From assembly GCA_977017575.1 (NCBI GenBank), contig CDRNVI010000207.1, forward strand, positions 3,984-67,983: a stretch of DNA of 64,000 nt, in the 5' to 3' direction. Shown here in pieces: positions 61,001-64,000 of this stretch. Numbering within the stretch: position 1 is the first letter of the stretch; every line of letters begins with the position of its first letter. The notes below the pieces were generated by a model. The model made no database searches and was not told where the DNA came from. It saw only the letters and a program-made list of their open reading frames with translations. The position numbers and the translations under genes were made by a program. Origin of the DNA: Paramoeba atlantica (lineage: Eukaryota > Protista > Discosea).

Positions 61001-64000
61001 TGTCACAAGAAAAACAAGGAGATGGAATCAATTATTTCTTCAATAAAATCAACACAGGGATGAATTCAATCAGAAATAAGAGTTCAAATTCATGGGCAGG
61101 GAATTTGAGATAACAAGGCGAAAAATCCAAAGAGGTTAACAACAGAGTACATTTAGATTCAAGAAGTACAAATTCAATCCAGAATTACTTTGAAGATATC
61201 AGGAATTTTTAAAAACATCATCAAGACAGAGGGAAAAATCCAATCAAGCTTTGAGGAAACAAAACAAAACGAGAAATCGTCAAGCATAAAAATAATCCAG
61301 TCAGGCAAATCCACAATCACAAATTCACAATCAGAAGTGGCAGTTGAGGAACAAAAATCCGAAAATACAAATCCACGAATCCAAAATGAGATAGAAATGA
61401 GTATTAAAACTACACAACCATCACTCAATCAATACAAATGATAACAAACATTCATTGAATCAAGAGAAAAAGCTTGATCAAGGCTCAACTCAAAATCAAC
61501 AATAAAATAATCATCAAAATGCAGTTTGTAAGCATGAGGCGAACATCAACAAAGACCAATCGAAATAACAGAAGGAATCACGAAAATTTTCGAATAGAAC
61601 CAACAATCACAATATCCAACACAAAGAAGAGATTGAGAAACACAAAGAGGCATTGAGAAATGTTGACAAACAAAACTCAAGTCAAGATTATACAAGGAAA
61701 CAGTGCTGTGTAAGCTGAAGTTGTCCAGAATATTAATTCCAAACGATATGCTGTTCTGAAAGCATAACCAAAGACAAATAACCAAAACAAACAATGAGCA
61801 AGAGGACTGAATTGATTTACCAACAAAAATGAAGCATGGAAATCAACAAGAGATCGTCTCGAGCAAATCAAAGACAGAGAAAATCCATAAAACAGGAATA
61901 GAACCAAAAGAACAGTTAGACAAAACAAAGAACAAAGTCAAAACAGAGTGTCATGACAGGCAAAGAAAGACATCAACAAATACAAGAATAATCTCCAAGG
62001 AACAAGAAAAATAACATGAATCTTCCATGACATAAGGAGAAAAACAAAAACAGGTGTGATCAGAACTGTGCTTATCGAAAAACCATGTGCTAGGTCAAAG
62101 ACGGCTGCCAGAAATATAATTCAAAACAGTGCACACCAGTATAAAATCGTAAGCTGAAAGCTAAAAAGCTGGTGCCTTGTCAGGGCTGATAGAAGGGGGG
62201 AGAATAAGTGATAATGGGATCGCTGAGGATAGAAGAGAAGGTGTGTCCACATAAATCAAAAGGAGAGGGATAAAAGAGAATGACCAGCTCCGTATCACGA
62301 AAACAAACAAAAAAATGTCAATCATCCACACCAAGAGTGCCAAAAAATCAATAACCAGGATCATCTATAAGAAAGATCCAAAAACCAAAATGGGAAGCTT
62401 AATCGTAGCCATAAAACCAAAAATGACAAACAAAATTGTTGTTCAAAACATAAAATCCAAACAGGAAAAACATTCCACAAAAGAAGGATCAAAAATACTG
62501 TAGACGTGTCGCGAACACAATAAACAGACGAGACATGCACTTCATAAAATGAGAAATTATTGAAAACATCTCAAGACAGAAGCAAAACCAACAAATAAAC
62601 GTACCAAGAGATTCAGCAAGATGAACAAATAACAGAATGATCATTGAGAGCAATGAACAAAATGTAAAGGGCAAAGTGAGACAATGAGGGACAAAGTCTC
62701 GATCCAAAAGTACAAAAACAAGAGACCGAAAATGAAACAAACAGACTTAAGGTGTAGAAGTATGAGAACAAGGATCAGAGGCACAAAGAAATTTTCCGAG
62801 AAGAATTTCTTCACTCAAAACGAGACCAAAAGAACTTGATTTCCTTGGTTCGAAACAAAGAACAAGAATCGAAAAATGGTTTCCAATTTTGATGCTCAGT
62901 TCACAGAACAACAAACAGACTTTCTCAAAGAGGAAGAAAACAAGAAAACAAAAAACAAACGAACGAGAAAACAATCGAGATTCACAAACACCAGAATCAC
63001 AATCGTGAGAATTGGCCAAAAACCGTGACCATGACCCAAGAATACAAAACGCGAAAAATGAGTTTTCAACATGAAGAAAAAAACATGCGAAAAGAAAACG
63101 AAAAAGAACGGAGAGGACAGTGATGCGAAATCGCTGCTTCCAGAAAACAAAGACGAAAGAGGAGGAAGGATAAACTTTCAAAAAACAAAACTTAGGCCAG
63201 AAGCCTAAACTCTTAATCTGTGAAGTGGCCAGGAGTTTGGAGAAGGAAAGAGTGGGCAGGTGAAGGAAAAAAGGAAAGGAAAGAAAGGGAAAAGAAAGAA
63301 AGAGAAAAGTCAAGAGCAAATCATGGGAAAGATTGGCGGCGCATCGCAAGGGGAAACCAACCAAGTAAGTTTATTCCTTTTACCAACAAACAAAAAAAGT
63401 ATTCATATGGGATAACAAATATAACAAGTGTGGAATTGACAAGAAGCAAAACAGAATGAAAGACAAAAACACACAAGAAAAAGAACACGGTGGAGAGATT
63501 AAATCACAGATAAATGTTATAGAACACAGGATTAATTGACATAAAGATTATATAAAATAGATAAATAAGATGGTGCGAAAATATTAAGGGAACAACTTGA
63601 TTTCAGAGTGAGAACTGGGTGGGAAGAGCTCAGATGAGAGAGACAGAAATACATGCAGAATCAGAACGGTTTGTACAGTTTTACAAATGTTCATCAGGGA
63701 TATTCACACAACAGGGGAGCACAGTGGTGTACAAAGAGAAACAAATTAATTTGCACAACATGGAATCAGTTCACACCAGGATTCTGACATTAAATTATGT
63801 TTGTTTTTTTAACCTCTAACAAAAGATGAAGTTTTAAACTTCAGCTTAGTTCAGTTGGTCTTTATGCTGAACTTTAGAACTTCTGCAAGTTTAGGCTAGA
63901 GAATGCACATTAGAAGAGAGAATAATCTAAAACTCCTTCCAAGGGAATTTATCCTCAACTTTTTAACAAATAGAACTGAGATGTAACCTGTTCTGATTTT
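58052..64000 (-). mobile_element. SINE family A copy 7, split by the LTR element (58052-58121 and 63790 to window end)
   Basis: Removing 58122-63789 and one TTAAA restores the family-A sequence ...GAATTACA-TTAAA-TTATGTTTG... Confidence 0.9.
58122..63789 (-). mobile_element. Complete non-autonomous (LARD-like) LTR element, 5668 bp, with two 571-bp LTRs (58122-58692, 63219-63789)
   Basis: TG...CA ends and a 5-bp TSD TTAAA (58117-58121 / 63790-63794). The LTRs differ at 15 positions. PPT-like TGAAAGGATA on the minus strand next to 58692. No gag/pol motif in any frame. Confidence 0.9.

Noticed and set aside
58122-63789. 5.1-kb tandem (satellite) repeat interpretation of the duplicated 571 bp
   Set aside because: TG..CA ends, a TTAAA TSD and an interrupted SINE show an LTR insertion; the flanks do not continue the period.
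1-64000. CRISPR arrays, rRNA genes, prokaryotic operons
   Set aside because: No repeat-spacer arrays or rRNA-like sequence seen; spliceosomal introns show the DNA is eukaryotic.

Overview
AT-rich, intron-containing eukaryotic DNA. The short GT..AG introns with poly-T tracts suggest a protist, possibly amoebozoan, but the organism cannot be fixed from sequence alone. The window has two zones. (1) About 1-7.4 kb is a compact, CpG-containing gene island: an ankyrin-repeat gene, a small hypothetical ORF, an intronless bacterial-like Asp-box/beta-propeller gene, an ALDH22/MSC7-type aldehyde dehydrogenase and a TPR gene. (2) About 7.6-64 kb is a nested transposon graveyard that is largely CpG-depleted and eroded almost entirely by C:G>T:A transitions. 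It holds several Ty3/gypsy and Ty1/copia elements, solo LTRs, a CAC-ended TIR element, an intron-containing RAG1/Transib/Chapaev-like DDE transposase relic, two tRNA-headed SINE families sharing a central core (13 copies) and a 5.67-kb non-coding LTR element. The most unusual structure is a chromodomain-bearing gypsy element (43.5-54.2 kb). Its PBS and pol are on the minus strand, but its three-zinc-knuckle gag is on the plus strand, separated from pol by a ~165-bp tandem array. Also notable are a candidate half-tRNA-Lys(CUU) primer site and RIP-like, transition-only decay of repeats.
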